DNA from: Malacoraja senta
Lineage: Eukaryota
Direction of reading: 5' to 3'
Length of the DNA: 64,000 nucleotides
NCBI GenBank assembly: GCA_038087875.1
Contig: CM076001.1
Location: forward strand, 2,170,001 to 2,234,000
Positions 1 through 13,069 of the stretch are shown in pieces. The notes beneath the pieces were generated by a model. The model had not been told where the DNA came from. It saw nothing but the letters and a program-made list of their open reading frames with translations, and did no database searches. Made by a program: the position numbers and the translations under genes. Each line of letters opens with the position of its first letter. The first letter of the stretch is position 1.

Positions 1-2259
1 ATAAATCTGACAAAGCTTCATCGTAACGACTCCTTCGAAGCGGACGAAGGGTCCGCTCCATCCGAAACGTCGTCGTAACGATTCCTTCGATGAAGGGCAT
101 GCCAGTAGCCCAAGAGGTCCCGCAAACATGAACGTTGGCAAATATTTCAAGATATTTTCCATCTCATGTTTCGTCGTTCAGTTTATATCAGAGCTACATC
201 GTGGAAAGAGCCCTTTCATCCTACCAACCACGCCAACCATCGAACACCCGTTCACAATAGTTCTATGTAATCATACTTTACCATTCCAGCCAGTTTCTGA
301 GTGGAAAGTTGCAGCTTCTCAACTTCCATTTCTAAACACGACATCCTTTGCCAGCAGAAGTTTCCACGGGGAGGGGGGAGGCAATATCTCGTTATTAAAG
401 CGAGTTAACAAACATACCATTACAACGAAACCATTTGGTATACGGAAAGGATTCATGGCCGAAATAAAGATCATGACTTTCTGAATTAAGACACCGATGT
501 CAGAGTTCAGTTCGTGTAATTACGTCGCTACGCATGAGATAGGTACTGGGCTGGCGACAATAAAACGCCTGAAAATATCAAGATGGTGATAGTTTATAGA
601 TTACAATAAGAACTACAATTCAAAAAAAGTTGTGACAACCAACAAGTCGGAGAGCTTGGTAAAATAGAAATCCAATCTGCTATGGATAAGAAATGTATAA
701 ATACGATGCCGCATTTATGGTTTAGATTAGACAGTCACAATATCTGTAAGAGTTATCATATTTTAATCAAAGTACAAAATAAAGAAAATACACTGGAAAA
801 CAAAAAGTGCTGGAGTAACACAGCGGGTCAGGCAGCATCTTTGGTGAGTAAGGGAGAACGAATCGGCGACATTTTGGGTCGGGGCCCATCTTCAGACCTT
901 CCTCCTATCCTGCCTCTTGCAAGATTGTCATCCTTTGCTCTCGAATACAGCCGCATCTGCTTCCACGCCGAGGCATTTCACTGTAGATTATCCAGAATGT
1001 CCTTTATTCAGTAAACGTAGATCCCCGTGCTGTCGCGGGTGGATCCCTCGCCCATGTGTCCTTTGTGCCCTTGTTCTGCTTATCGGATCCCTAACGCCAC
1101 CCCAAGCAGCTTAGAACAAGGGTTCAGATCCTGACCCGATAAGTTGCCTATTCATTACCTCCACAGATGCTGATGACTAGCTAACCACTCCGGCACTTTG
1201 TGTTTTGCTGCAAGATTCCAGTATTTGCAGCCCCTTGTGTCTCCAAAGAAAATATACAGGATAAAGGTAATTTAAAAGTAATTTAAGAATAAACATTAGA
1301 GGTAAAAACGTTTGAATGTAACGCGATGTTGAACTAAAAGTGCGTGCCATGCACCAATCTCTGCGTGCATCAGAGAATATTTTTAAATCAGCCATCAGAA
1401 ACTGGTCAAGTAATATATAATGAAATTAACATCGCGACCAAAAATGGTATAATCGAAGGAATACACTTCGTCGTCGTAACAGTCGGTAGGTAGTTGAAAA
1501 GAAATCATGAGTAATATATCGAACAATCAAAATACTCAACAACGAACGGTTACACGTTAGTTGTCCACGTTTAGTCTATTTTCACTCTTCACCTGGAACG
1601 CCGAAAGCAGCAAGGGCAGAATAATAAATAGCGAAGACAGGTCCATTCCCAGGCGCGTGCATAATCCGTTGGAACGATGTCCTGGTAAAATGCCGATTGT
1701 GAAATTACTACCGCAGTACATCTCTTTATATTAGATCACACCATTGAATCTAAAAATAGCTCAAACCATTAAAATTGTTAGTTACATGACTCGGAGAAAA
1801 ACAAATTAGCTCACAAACCTACATGCTTGAATGAATTGTTTAATAAAGAACTGCAGATGCTGGAAAAATCGAAGGAAGAAAAAAATGCTGGAGAGACTCA
1901 CCGGGTGAGGCAGCATCTAAGGAGCGAAGTAATAGGCGACGTTTCGTGTCGAGACCCTTCTTCTGAAGAATAAACCTTTCTTCTGAAGAAGACCTTTCTG
2001 AAGTAAGGTCTCGAACCGAAAGATCGCCTATTTCCTTCGCTCCATATATGCTGCCTCACCCGCTGAGTTTCTCCAGCATTCTTGCTTCAATGAATTGATC
2101 ATATTGAAGGCACTTAAAACGGGCACTACTTCAAACCTCTACTTCAAACCAAACTGTATCCTGTACGCTGTACATCTCTTCTGATAGCAGCACCAGCCAT
2201 AGTACCAGGCTTGACTTCTGCCTATATCATAGCCGTTGCTAAAATTGTATGTCTAGAAT

Positions 2260-2545
2260 AAGTTCACATTGATTGTAGACTTTAGGAAAGCTCCCCCTCC
2301 CCTCACCCTACTCACAATCAACAATACCACAGTCACATGCGTGGAGTCTTTTAAGTTCCTGGGAACCATCATCTCCAAGGACCTTAAGTGGGGGGGCTAC
2401 CATCGACTCCACAGTCAAAATGGCACAACAGAGGATGTACTTCCCACGGCAGCTGAGGAAGCACAATCTGCCACAGGCAACGATGGTCCAATTCTAAACG
2501 GCCATCGTAGAGTCTGTTCTCACCTACTCCATTCACCATCTCCAA
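2260..2545 (+). mobile_element. Rex1/Babar-type LINE reverse transcriptase fragment
   Basis: Translates MIVDFRK...VESFKFLGTIISKDLKW, then after a frameshift HIDSTVKMAQQRMYF...; typical Rex1 RT C-terminal motifs; truncated. Confidence 0.75.
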
Positions 2546-3046
2546 TCTTCCTAACGATTAACAACCCAGTACAACTTGTGGTCGGCTCTGGAACAATTCA
2601 GCGGGTGAGGCAGCATCTATGGAGATACGGAATGGGTGACGTTACGGGTCGAGATCCTTCTTCAGTCTGAATTACTGCAATTACTCAGTATGTGCTGATG
2701 GAAAAAAATGTAGTGCCGTCCTCACGCCATGCGCACACGGGCGTAGTTCTGCTCTAACCCATACCATACCGAGGTTCATTTTGGTCTTCAGTACTACTCC
2801 ACTGAATCCCATCTAAATCACTCCTGCTTTATACTGCGAGTCTACAGAATCCAGCAAACGATTGACTTACGCAGGTAGTCAAAAATGCTGGAGAATCTCA
2901 TCGGGTGAGGCAGCATCCATGGAGCGAAGGAAATAGGCGACGTTTCGACGATGACCGGCGACGATAGACCCTCTGCACCAGTCATTCTATCTGGAAATGG
3001 GATCAGGCGGATCAACGTATAATATTAAAGGTACGTCACCAACTGC

Positions 3047-3117
3047 AGGCACGGACGTGATTTGAACCCACGATCTTCGATTACGAGACCGAAGCCTTGC
3101 CCCTCAGCCACCGATCC
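3047..3117 (-). pseudogene. Degenerate tRNA-Thr(CGT) copy
   Basis: Reverse complement GGATCGGTGGCTGAGGGGCAAGGCTTCGGTCTCGTAATCGAAG...GTTCAAATCACGTCCGTGCCT aligns to the intact copy at 3826-3897, with acceptor, D-, anticodon- and T-stem mismatches and a 1-nt deletion. Confidence 0.8.
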
Positions 3118-3825
3118 TGTGTTTGTATTGGTGATGTCTGGAGTATTTAAACAAAGGTGCATTGGATAACGAGAAATAAAACACATCAAAGCCTGTCATC
3201 TGGATCGAGTTGTACAGCGATACAGATTAAAGGGCCTAAGTGGAGATGGCGACGCCGAAATCGAGGGCGATGGAAGGGACTGAAAGGTGTTCATCCAGGA
3301 CTAGCTCGGGAATCGCGGTAAATTTATGCTATTCCCAAAACGGCAATCAAACCCGAAACAAGCGCTGAATCTCAATCCGGATCACTGGGCAATGGTACAC
3401 TGATAATAAATGCAGTCGCGTCGCTTGAAGAATATTGTCAAACAACCCTGCGCCATGAAAGTCGACAGTTAGATGGCAGGTGTGTGGGCATTTGCTGTCC
3501 TCTGGTTGACTTATGCAGAGGATCTGCCCGAGATTCGATGCAACATCATAAACAGTTGCTGTCAAAAACATTGGAAATCAATGTCGACTCCGAAAGCACG
3601 ATGTTGGACAATAGACAATGGACAATAGAGAATAGGTACAGGGGTAGGCCATTCGGCCCTTCGATTTTGTGATTCACTTTGGAGAATCAACCAAATGTGA
3701 GCAACGTGCTTTAAAGGGTGGTGTTCATAGCAGGATAAAAGGAGCGCAGGTGCACCCGAGGGATCGCTTTGTGCAGTTTGAAATTGGAATTAGGCGCCAC
3801 AATACAGAGTGCTAAAGGAAGCTAC

Positions 3826-3897
3826 AGGCGCGGACGGGATTTGAACCCGCGATCTTCGGTTTACGAGACCGACGCCTTGCCACTTGGCCACCGCGCC
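3826..3897 (-). tRNA. TRT-CGT: tRNA-Thr (anticodon CGT)
   Basis: 72 nt GGCGCGGTGGCCAAGTGGCAAGGCGTCGGTCTCGTAAACCGAAGATCGCGGGTTCAAATCCCGTCCGCGCCT; perfect 7-bp acceptor stem, intact A and B boxes, anticodon loop CTCGTAA. Confidence 0.93.
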
Positions 3898-4300
3898 TCT
3901 GTTCGAATAGCATTACCGCGAGACACATAGGCATGGCTATACTTGCAGAAGGAGCTCCGTAACTGGGCTTGCCTGTAAATGTTACGAACTGTGCAATGAT
4001 GAGCGTTGACTGAATAAAGCTATGCTGACCGTCCAGGCAACGTCGACGTTGAAATTGAAGTTAGGTACCATGACCGATAGGTGATTAGTCCAAGACTAAC
4101 TCCATAAACGGCGTAAACCTAAGGCTATTCTCACACCGGGAATCGAGCCGAAACCACGTCACAGAAAAAGACCGACTTCTGAAAATTGGACAATCAGATA
4201 CGCAGGTGGCGAATATAGTCTACTAATCTGGCAAGTAAGTATTGGACCACCCGCGCGGCCATTCGAAGATGGCAACGATTTGCTTGGCCGCGGGCAGTTG

Positions 4301-4317
4301 CTGCCCTCTAGTGGCCA
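4301..4317 (-). promoter_or_regulatory. CTCF-like binding motif
   Basis: Reverse complement TGGCCACTAGAGGGCAG matches the vertebrate CTCF core consensus CCASYAGRKGGCRS. Confidence 0.65.
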
Positions 4318-4661
4318 CTTACGGATGTTCTGCTCAGGGCAGTTGCATTCAATTCAATGCCACTTAATCGACAATTATTGTTTAAGACTGGGTAACAATC
4401 CAGATCCACACAGCAAAGATGCACCCCATTACTTAAATTTGGGACAATGAGAGGACGTGAACTAAACCCATGTTGAAAAGAGCATGTGGGTTTTATTCTC
4501 CCTCGGAAACCGTATTTAAACACAACTGGCGGCACGCTTTGTATCAGATTTCTCCCTCTAGGTTCCAAACAATTGTTCGAGAAACAGGCGCGAATTGCCG
4601 CGGGACTGAATCTTTCCCCGTTCTCTTTCGCAGCTCGGAAACATGCCTCGAGTCAACATGT

Positions 4662-5302
4662 GACAAGAGGATTTCAGTTTAGGAGTAAAGAGTTTCTTCT
4701 GCAGTTGTATGGGGCTCTGGTGAGACCACATCTGGAGTATTGTGTACAGTTTTGGTCTCCTAATTTGAGGAAGGACATCCTTGTGATTGAGGCAGTGGAG
4801 TGTAGGTTCACGAGATTGATCCCTGGGATGGTGGGACTGCCATATGAGGAAAGATTGAAAAGACTAGGCTTGTATTCACTGGAGTTTAGAAGGATGGGGG
4901 GGGGTCTTATAGAAACATATACAATTATAAAAGGACTGGACAAGCTGGATAAAGGAAAAATGTTCCCAATGTTGGGCCAGTCCAGAACCAGGGGCCACAG
5001 TCGTAGAATAAAGGGGAGGTCATTTAAGACTGAAGTGAGAAAAAACGTTTTCACCCAGAGAGTTGTGAATTTATGGAATTCCCTGCCACAGAGGGCAGTG
5101 GATGCCAAGTCACTGGATGGATTTAAGAGAGAGTTAGATAGAGCTTTAGAGGCTAGTGGAGTCAATGGATATGGGGAGAAGGCAGGCACGGGTAATTGAT
5201 AGGGGACGATCAGCCATGATCACGATGAATGGCGGTGCTGGCTCGAAGGGCCGAATGGCCTCCTCCTGCACCTATTTTCTATGTTTCTATGTTTCTATGT
5301 TT
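4662..5302 (+). mobile_element. CR1-clade LINE (HER1-like) 3' fragment
   Basis: ORF2 C-terminus LYGALVRPHLEYCVQFWSP...WNSLPQRAV, followed by 3' UTR and (CTATGTTT)n tail. Confidence 0.9.
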
Positions 5303-5503
5303 ATATGTGAAACACGCACAGCTGCTAGCTGATTGGTGGAATCGAGAACAGTTCTCCGCAGAGACGATTGGGTGTCACTTACCGCCTATATCCGGATTTA
5401 ACCAATCAGGAGCAGAAGGTTACTCTTTCCCCTCACACCCATAATAAAACAAATTCGATAGACATCCCTGGCGGTTCAAATCCGCCCACAACTCTCTGCA
5501 AGC

Positions 5504-5555
5504 ATGTTGACATTTCATTGGTGTTCTATTTTCCTCTCAGCCGCTTTCTTAATCG
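5504..5555 (+). CDS. TCR V leader exon (MLTFHWCSIFLSAAFLI-G), probably for the V at 6074
   Basis: ATG, 17 hydrophobic codons plus G, then GTAAGT phase-1 donor; the intron contains an N gap, so the pairing is not proven. Confidence 0.75.
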
Positions 5556-5613
5556 GTAAGTTCACGGGTTACACGCGTCTGCATTTCGCATCCGCAGTTG
5601 ATATTTTATTAAA

Positions 5614-5813
5614 NNNNNNNNNNNNNNNNNNNNNNNNNNNNNNNNNNNNNNNNNNNNNNNNNNNNNNNNNNNNNNNNNNNNNNNNNNNNNNNNNNNNNNN
5701 NNNNNNNNNNNNNNNNNNNNNNNNNNNNNNNNNNNNNNNNNNNNNNNNNNNNNNNNNNNNNNNNNNNNNNNNNNNNNNNNNNNNNNNNNNNNNNNNNNNN
5801 NNNNNNNNNNNNN
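5614..5813. other. Assembly gap (200 N)
   Basis: Run of N. Confidence 1.
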
Positions 5814-6073
5814 TCCGATGAGGGGTGAAACTAAAGTCCCCATGGACTCTTTCATTTACATTACGAGATAATCAGGAGGTATTGTCTGGTGGCTGGTTCC
5901 AAACTGGAATTCAGCTGATATGGGACCTTGCTGTCCATTGATGTGGGCTCATACACGGCTGTTATATCCCTTAGATATATTTTGAACGTAGGAATTTGAG
6001 AATGATGATATTATTCATGGTACGGGCGGCACAGCGATATTTTCTGATTTAATGTCGTTCTGGCCTCTTGCAG

Positions 6074-6380
6074 GGTATTGTCGGGGGGATTCCGTTTCAC
6101 AGACATCGGCTGCAACTGCAGTAAGCGAAGGTGGCGACGTTGAGTTGCGCTGTAACTACACAGCTACGAGCACACAGGTTCCGTATCTGTACTGGTACCG
6201 TCAATATCCCGGTGGACCCATGGAATTTATGCTCTGGATTAGCAAGTACAGCTCAAGCCAGGAACATTCAACGGGTCAACACTTTTCAACCTCTCTTGAT
6301 GATTCGGGGCGGAGCGTCCTATTGACTGTGTCTGAAGTACAACTGGAAGACTCGGCAGCGTATTACTGCGCCCTGAGTCC
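6074..6380 (+). CDS. TCR alpha/delta V exon, open frame
   Basis: ttgcag acceptor; GYCRGDSVSQT...LRCNY...YLYWYRQYPG...EDSAAYYCALSP with canonical Cys, Trp, Cys; followed by an RSS. Confidence 0.92.
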
Positions 6381-6419
6381 CACAGCATCTCGAAGCGGTG
6401 CTGAGCCTGTACAAAAACA
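6381..6419 (+). other. 23-RSS
   Basis: CACAGCA, 23 bp, ACAAAAACA. Confidence 0.9.
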
Positions 6420-7896
6420 CCACGTGATTTCACAGGCGGTTGCAGCTGTGGACAGGAGGAAGTTGAGTGGGCGGTTCCGACGCGCAGTTATGTTTCGTTG
6501 GCTCTACACTGCCAAGCATCTCACTGGCTAATTGGACGGGAAAATATCTAACTCGCCCTTTCTTTGAAATCTCCAAACTTCTTACCCATTCAGATCCTGA
6601 AATTCTCTCCAAGTCGTGAATGAGGTGAAATCCGGTCGTGTCATAAGAAATGTATTTACACAGGTTTCACAGGATTGTTATGACAGAGGAAATTGCGGCA
6701 TGTGATCTGAAAGTCCTTGACCTACAACAATAAACGCGTGGTAAACATTCAAGAAGGCTTCTGAAGAAAAGCACGCGTTTCTCGGAACGGCTCTTGCACC
6801 TGCTATGACATCTCTTTTCGCGTGTCGTTGCTTCTCCAATGTTATTGTTGTTTCTCAAGGTTCTCAAGCTAAGGCTCTGGGTCTCTGGTGTCTGCGAATC
6901 AGTGCACCTGAAATTCACATCCGGACATAAAAACCGCGATGACGTAATTGCATTCATGCTTTCGTTTGCGAATGGAAGAAGGAGAAGGCAGCTGACGTCA
7001 CTAGACAGCATATGATCGCTTACAGTGAAGGTGCAGATCCAATACTGAGGGTACTGAAAGACTGATAAACGGACTTTGCCCCCTGCCAAAGTATCGTGCA
7101 CCAACCACCAACCTGGACACACTGCAGCAAGCCACTGTCGTGCCGCTGCCGATCGGAACGCCTGTTGATGTTTAGTAGAGAGTAGAGTGTTAATTTGTTC
7201 ATGATATATGTATTTTTACTTCTATTTATTTTTTACTGCACACTGAAATGGACACTGGTTGAGGAACGATTTTTTGTTTCCTCTGGGTATGTGAATACTC
7301 AGGAAATGACAATAAAGATATGCAATACAATATACAATACAATACAATACAATGGTTACAATTCAAACGGAGTATAACACCGCCTTCAATCAAGGGATAA
7401 AATTGGAACAATGTACAGTATTGGACTGTATTCACCACTGACTAGGCCCAAGGGGTTGTTTCCTTCCTGAATGATGCTGCGAATGTCTCTCCTATAGCGA
7501 TTGGGAATACGAATTTTACGACTGTGAGAAATGCGTGCTACCGAACGGCATACCTGGCTCTATACCCTGCCGTTATCGCGTACGTTTATGAAGGCGTCAA
7601 GAACTGCGACTACCGCAGTCCAAATTTCTTATAGCGACAAATGGCCTGCTCGAGGCCACAGATGTTGGAAAGTGCTACTGACGGTGGGGATGCGTGACGA
7701 GATGGGTGTGGGAGTCTCATGTGTTGAGCCCACTTGTCACGTTAAATACAAATCAAACGATACCACAATGATGGAGCTCCGAAACAAAAATGAACTAATA
7801 GTGGAAAATAACTCAGCACTTCAGCCGGCAATTGTGACGAGAAAAACCGTCAGCATCCCAGTCACCAGACCCTTTATGAGAAACATTAAAAATATT

Positions 7897-8053
7897 GAAA
7901 CATAGAAAATAGGTTCAGGAGGAGGCCATTCGGCCCTTCGACCCAGCACCGCCATTCATTGTGATCATGGATGATCGTCCCGTATCAATAACCCGTGCCT
8001 GCCTTCTCCCCAAATCCCTTGATTCCACTAGCCCCTAGAGCTCTATCTAACTC
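7897..8053 (-). mobile_element. CR1 3' UTR fragment
   Basis: Reverse complement of the CR1 3' end seen at 5150-5300. Confidence 0.75.
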
Positions 8054-8810
8054 AGAAAGGAGAAAGAGAGCAATTATTCCTAAAGGGGGTCAACTGGCGA
8101 TACTGGTTCCCTTCCTTTTGCTGGAGATCCTACTATCTGAAAAATAAGCTTCCTACCTATTTTTCTTAAGATTGCCCAGAACTAAATGTGTTTCAAAAGA
8201 AACTAATGGACTATGGGTTAATAACTGGAAAAAAGCTAATTCTAAAATTTTGGAAGAAGGCTCCAATACCAACTATAAATATGTGGACTTCAAATATGTT
8301 CGAAACATTACACCTAGAAGAGATAAGACTCCTCCTGGCAGGTAAACCAGATCACTTCCACCTGACGTGGTCTGCATTTATAGAATTATTACAAATATAG
8401 GGTGCAAAAGTACTTAAAAAAAAAATTGAGGTCAGGTAAGGGGGGATGCTAGTTGAAGAGTTGGTATGTCCCATTTACGTAATGCTCATAAAAATATTTG
8501 TTTCTCTCTTTTTCCTCTTTCTCTTTCTCTTTCTTTTCTAGGGTCTATTTCTTAACTCTTTTTCTTTTGTTTTTTAATTTTGCTCTTATAGGGTCTTCGT
8601 CCTTTTTTGTTGTCACATTTTCTACACTTTCACTTTTTCCTTCACTTTCTTCTTTCTTTCAATCTTTTCTTTTTCTAGTGTAAAAAATAAATGGAGTACA
8701 TTAATTGTAAGAAGACATAAGTGACGAGTACTAATGTATGTGGTTGTAATGTAATGTACTTCTAATAAATAAAAATAAAAAAATAAAAAAAATTAAAATA
8801 AAAAAAAAAG
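8054..8810 (+). mobile_element. L1/Tx1-clade LINE 3' fragment
   Basis: DYGLITGKKLILKFWKK...ETLHLEEIR ORF2 C-terminus, homologous to the elements at 19864-21313 and 41415-41953; pyrimidine-rich 3' UTR and A-rich tail. Confidence 0.75.
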
Positions 8811-9727
8811 ATTGCCATTCACCACCGATCTTAATTTCTGAAACTTCTGAAATCAGCATGCACGTACATCTGGGGCAGCTCGGTAGGTCACACAAGATCC
8901 AGTCAGAATTACTCGCGACTTCCGATTGGTATTTCACGGGATGTCGTGTTATGCCAGCTCATCAGGCCTACCCAATCCCTCTGACGGTTGCCGCGTCGTC
9001 GCTGGAAACCCAAAGATCCGGCAGGTAAGAAGGGTAAACACGCGACTCCTTGCACACGCTGCGCCGTGGCTGACAATGATCATGAGTAGGAAAGCTAATG
9101 TCTTAAACGAGTTCGAATTTTACTAAGATTCTGGCGCACTGCGAACACGCTCGAACCGGAACTGAGAGAGCGTGCGAAGCGCGGGGCAATTATAATCATC
9201 ATGAAATATTTACCGGGAAACGCTGTAATCCCTCAAAGCGAGACGGACGATTTTCGAGAGATGAGCACAAACAGAACCCTTTCGGCTGCGTGGATACTTG
9301 CAACAGTTGGGCAGTAGTACGGCAGATTGTCCCTGATGACCCAGTGTGAAGTTCCGCAAATACCATTTCATCGCGTGTGCGAAGAATATGTGAATTCTTA
9401 GATGGAGTAAGTGAAGTGGATCACACGTAGTTAATTAGTGGATCACATCTACCAAGAATGCGCTTGGTGGGAGGAGGAAAGGAACGGCAGTCAAGCTGAT
9501 AGAGTGGGGCATGGGAGGGTGTGGGGAAACGCGCATACATCGTCCTTTTGGAAGCAGTCTGAAAAAGGGTCCCGACCCCAAACGTCGTGTCTCATTTCCC
9601 TCCACAGAGACTGCCTGACACGCTCTGTGCATCCAGCACTTTGATATTTGCTCAAGATTCCAGCATTTGCAGTTTCGTGTGTCGCCGTCCTTTCTTTTGT
9701 TTCGAATTCTGTTTTCTGTAAACGCCA

Positions 9728-10103
9728 ATGTGTTCATTCTTGCCTATTATGTTTATTCTGTACCGTTGAGATTAATTTCACGACTTTTGTTTACCCTTAC
9801 TCCAGATCTGAGGTCTGTCGACATCTTGATGCAGCGGGAGACAATCGCAGCGACGGAGGGGCAGAACGTCACCTTATCTTGTACCTACACCCCATTGCCG
9901 CATATTATATAGTTTGATATCGCCAGTACAGAGGTGGGTGGCCCAAACTTGGTTTAGGGAGATACAAGAGTAACGCCTCTGAATATACGGCGGATTTCGC
10001 TGAAGGCAGATTTTCTGATGTGCTCCAACAATAGGTGACGGATTATAGATTGACCATTACGCAGCTGTTGCCTGACACGGCGACGTATTACGGTGCAGAG
10101 TCT
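9728..10103 (+). pseudogene. TCR alpha/delta V pseudogene
   Basis: Leader-like MCSFLPIMFILY (9728-9764, poor donor, 41-nt intron). V exon from 9806: TEGQNVTLSCTY, a frameshift, conserved Trp changed to TGA (9915-9917), TAG at 10032-10034, second Cys changed to GGT (10092-10094), heptamer GACAGTG, no nonamer. Confidence 0.85.
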
Positions 10104-12415
10104 GACAGTGAAGTGAACGCACGGAATAACTGCCGTAGGTTACTGGGGCACAGATGTTGCGCGCTGCCGGCAGTTTACAACAGGCCACAGGCACTGGCTC
10201 GGAAACGTTTTCTCTGAGTGAGCAGAACCCGAGCTGAAAACCACAATGACGTCAGCGGAAATAGCCCACAAAAAAATCCGGATGCCCGGATGAAGTTAAA
10301 ACTGCCTTTAACGTGAGAGGGGCAAATTCCATTCATAATAAATTAAAACGCTGGGGCCTACAACTGATTGCCGGTGCCTGCAGGTTCTCCCTTCATCACC
10401 TGGTAGCAGCACCTTGTTTTCTTCGCCGCAATCCAGGTTCCGTCCCTGTCCAGTCCATTGGTTCCCCTGGCGACCACTGCATTCAATCTTGAGAAATCCG
10501 CGACAAACGGCCCACAAGCCTCTGGAAGATATAACTGCAAAAATTCAGGTCAATTCAATTTAAATGGCGATTCCTTATCCAGAGGACATGACACCGTAAT
10601 TAGCGGGTTTCAGCTTAGACCTCTCTGCATCTACCCTGCCACAACTTATCCAAGTGTGCAATTCCAATGCGATTTTCTGAATTTACGTAGAACATAGAAC
10701 GGTATAGCACAGGAACAGGCCCATCGGCACACAAATATCCGTGCCGAATTTGATTCCAAGATAAACTAATATCGTGTACCTTCATATGATCCATCTCCCT
10801 CCATTCTCGACATGCTTATCGAAAAGCATCTTAAACGCCACTTCAATAACAGAATCCACCACTAACCCCGGCAGCGTGTTCCCGACGCCCACCACCCTCG
10901 GTGTAGAAACTTCACCCTCACATCTCATCTATACTTTGCCCCTCTCACGTTAAACATATGCCCTCTTGTCATTCACCCGAGGAAAAGTGTTCTGACTGTG
11001 TACCTTATCTATGTCTCTCACAATGTTATATATATCCATCTAGTCTCTCCGCAGTCTCCGGCGTTCCACGAGCAACAATCCAAATAAAGGAATTTAAATG
11101 GATCTACAATTAATTATTTCCAAATGCACTGGACTGCCAACTTGATTAGGTTATAAGACCATCAATACCATTGAAAATTAGGGTCACGTTGATTTATCCC
11201 AATTGTCAGGAAGTCTCTTGGAATCGGGAAGTCTCCCTCTGTTGTGGATGCCTATAATTCGGAATGATTTAGTAAAGGCAAGAAGAAGAGTGAGACAAAA
11301 TAAGAGAGTGTGCAGAAAAGTGCGAGAGAGAGAAACAGACAGGCGGAGGTTAAGAAGGACACAGCGATTCAGGTGGGACGCAGAGAAAAGACGGAACTGG
11401 GGGGTGATTTGGTACTATTAGTGCGGAAAATGACTGCAGATGAAAGTCTAAATCGAAGTTAGACACAAAATGATGGTGTAACAGCGGGACAGGCAGCATC
11501 TCTGGAGAGAAGGAATGGGTGGCGTTTCGGGTCCAGACCCTTATTCAGTCTCAAGAAGGGCCTCGACCCGAAACGTCACCGGTTCCTGCTCTCCAGAGAT
11601 GCTGCCTATCCAGCTGAGTTACTGCAGCATTTTGTGGCTACCTGGTGCTATTTGTATTGGTATTTGTTGATTAGTGTCACGTGTACCGAGATTCGGTGCA
11701 GAATTTTCTCAAAAACCGCATATTTCCCACCAGCTATGTCCAGTGCCTAAGCTGAAGGCACCTGTTTCCTGTTGCGTCAGTGGGATTTACCTTGCAGCGA
11801 TCAACAGTCGCAGTGAAATCACAGAATATGAGGTTTCAAACACTTGCTGGAAACCCTGAACCGAAACAATCAAATTAATACCGAGGATTTAGTCGTCTAT
11901 CGCTTTCTCTTCTCCCACGTACATTTAAGTGCGGCCGATTATTGAATATGCTCACCACTTGTTCGTATATAAAGCCCATTAAATCTCACCCCTGTCCTTT
12001 TAAATGGCAACTTACTCCTGGTATAAAATGCGGCGCTGCGCAGTGTTCATTTATGTTTTTCTGAAGAAGCTGCGCAACTAATTTTATATATAGAAAATAG
12101 ACACAAAATACTGGGAAAAAAACGCAGCGGGTCAGGCAGCGTCTCCGGGGAAAAGCAATAGGTGACGTTTCGGGTCGAGACCCTTCTTCAGGCTGAGAGG
12201 GACTCAGCCTGAAGAAGGGTCTCAAGCTGAAACGCGTGGGTTTCCTGCAGAGTTACACTCAAGTTTAATCATACTATTTAGGTAATTCTGCCTCTTCTCA
12301 ACCTTCCGCCAGGCCGCATCTCTAGAGGGAACGGATTGGCGAAGGGAGTCGTCTTTAGACTGATTGCAGTAGGGTAAAGAAAGATGGCGTGCAGGATGAA
12401 ATGTTCCAGAGACGA

Positions 12416-12454
12416 GGTTTTTGTACAGCGACCCCACTCATTGCCATCACTGTG
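12416..12454 (-). other. 23-RSS (perfect consensus)
   Basis: CACAGTG, 23 bp, ACAAAAACC on the minus strand. Confidence 0.95.
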
Positions 12455-12743
12455 AGCCCCTGGATTGCACAGAAGTGCAGCGCTGTGTCCCGCACTTCCG
12501 TCCTCCTGAGAGCCAAATAGCCTCGATTTTCAGCAGCACTCAGCATGATCTCGTGTTGCCCTAGTACATTTTTATCGCTGCGTTGCATGGTCAGGACGTG
12601 CTCCAGCCGCCCGTTCCGACTCTCTTTAAACCAGTAGAAGGCGGATATCACCGAGGCGTTGAAAACACAATTGAATTGCGCCGCATCTCCAGAGTTGACC
12701 GTAAGCGAGGCGGGAGACTGAAGCACCTCGTCCGCAAGGGCAC
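12455..12743 (-). CDS. Divergent TCR alpha/delta V exon, open frame
   Basis: cag acceptor; ALADEVLQSPASLTVNSGDAAQFNCVF...FYWFKE...DTALHFCAIQG; perfect 23-RSS. Confidence 0.88.
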
Positions 12744-13069
12744 CTGCTGAGGAAACAGTATTATGAACAGAGGTAGAAAGCTAACGAGTGAACCTAACTT
12801 CATAAAACAAATGTGAATCTACAACGGTCGACAAACAGTCATAGAACATTTGTCCCGATGAACCGCAAAGTTAATGAAACAATTAGAACAAATTTCACTT
12901 CATGCATTCGCCATTATTTTCCCTCCGCATAGATGAACCTATTTCTTGTAAGTCGAGTAAATGTTGCATTACTATATATAATGCTGAATTCGTGATTAAA
13001 AATCACAAGTGTTCAATGATCCGAAGAGTATATTCGAATGGTAGAGCCCACAATGATCCATTGTAAGCT

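Noticed and set aside
4125-4160. tRNA-like B-box remnant (CACACCGGGAATCGAGCC)
   Set aside because: No cloverleaf or A box can be reconstructed.
4486-5199. 237-aa ORF as a host gene
   Set aside because: The last roughly 175 aa are CR1 ORF2; the N-terminal part is chance read-through from flanking DNA.
6667-7122. 151-aa minus-strand ORF
   Set aside because: No recognisable domain or splice context; only a CRE palindrome (TGACGTCA at 6993-7000) was noted.
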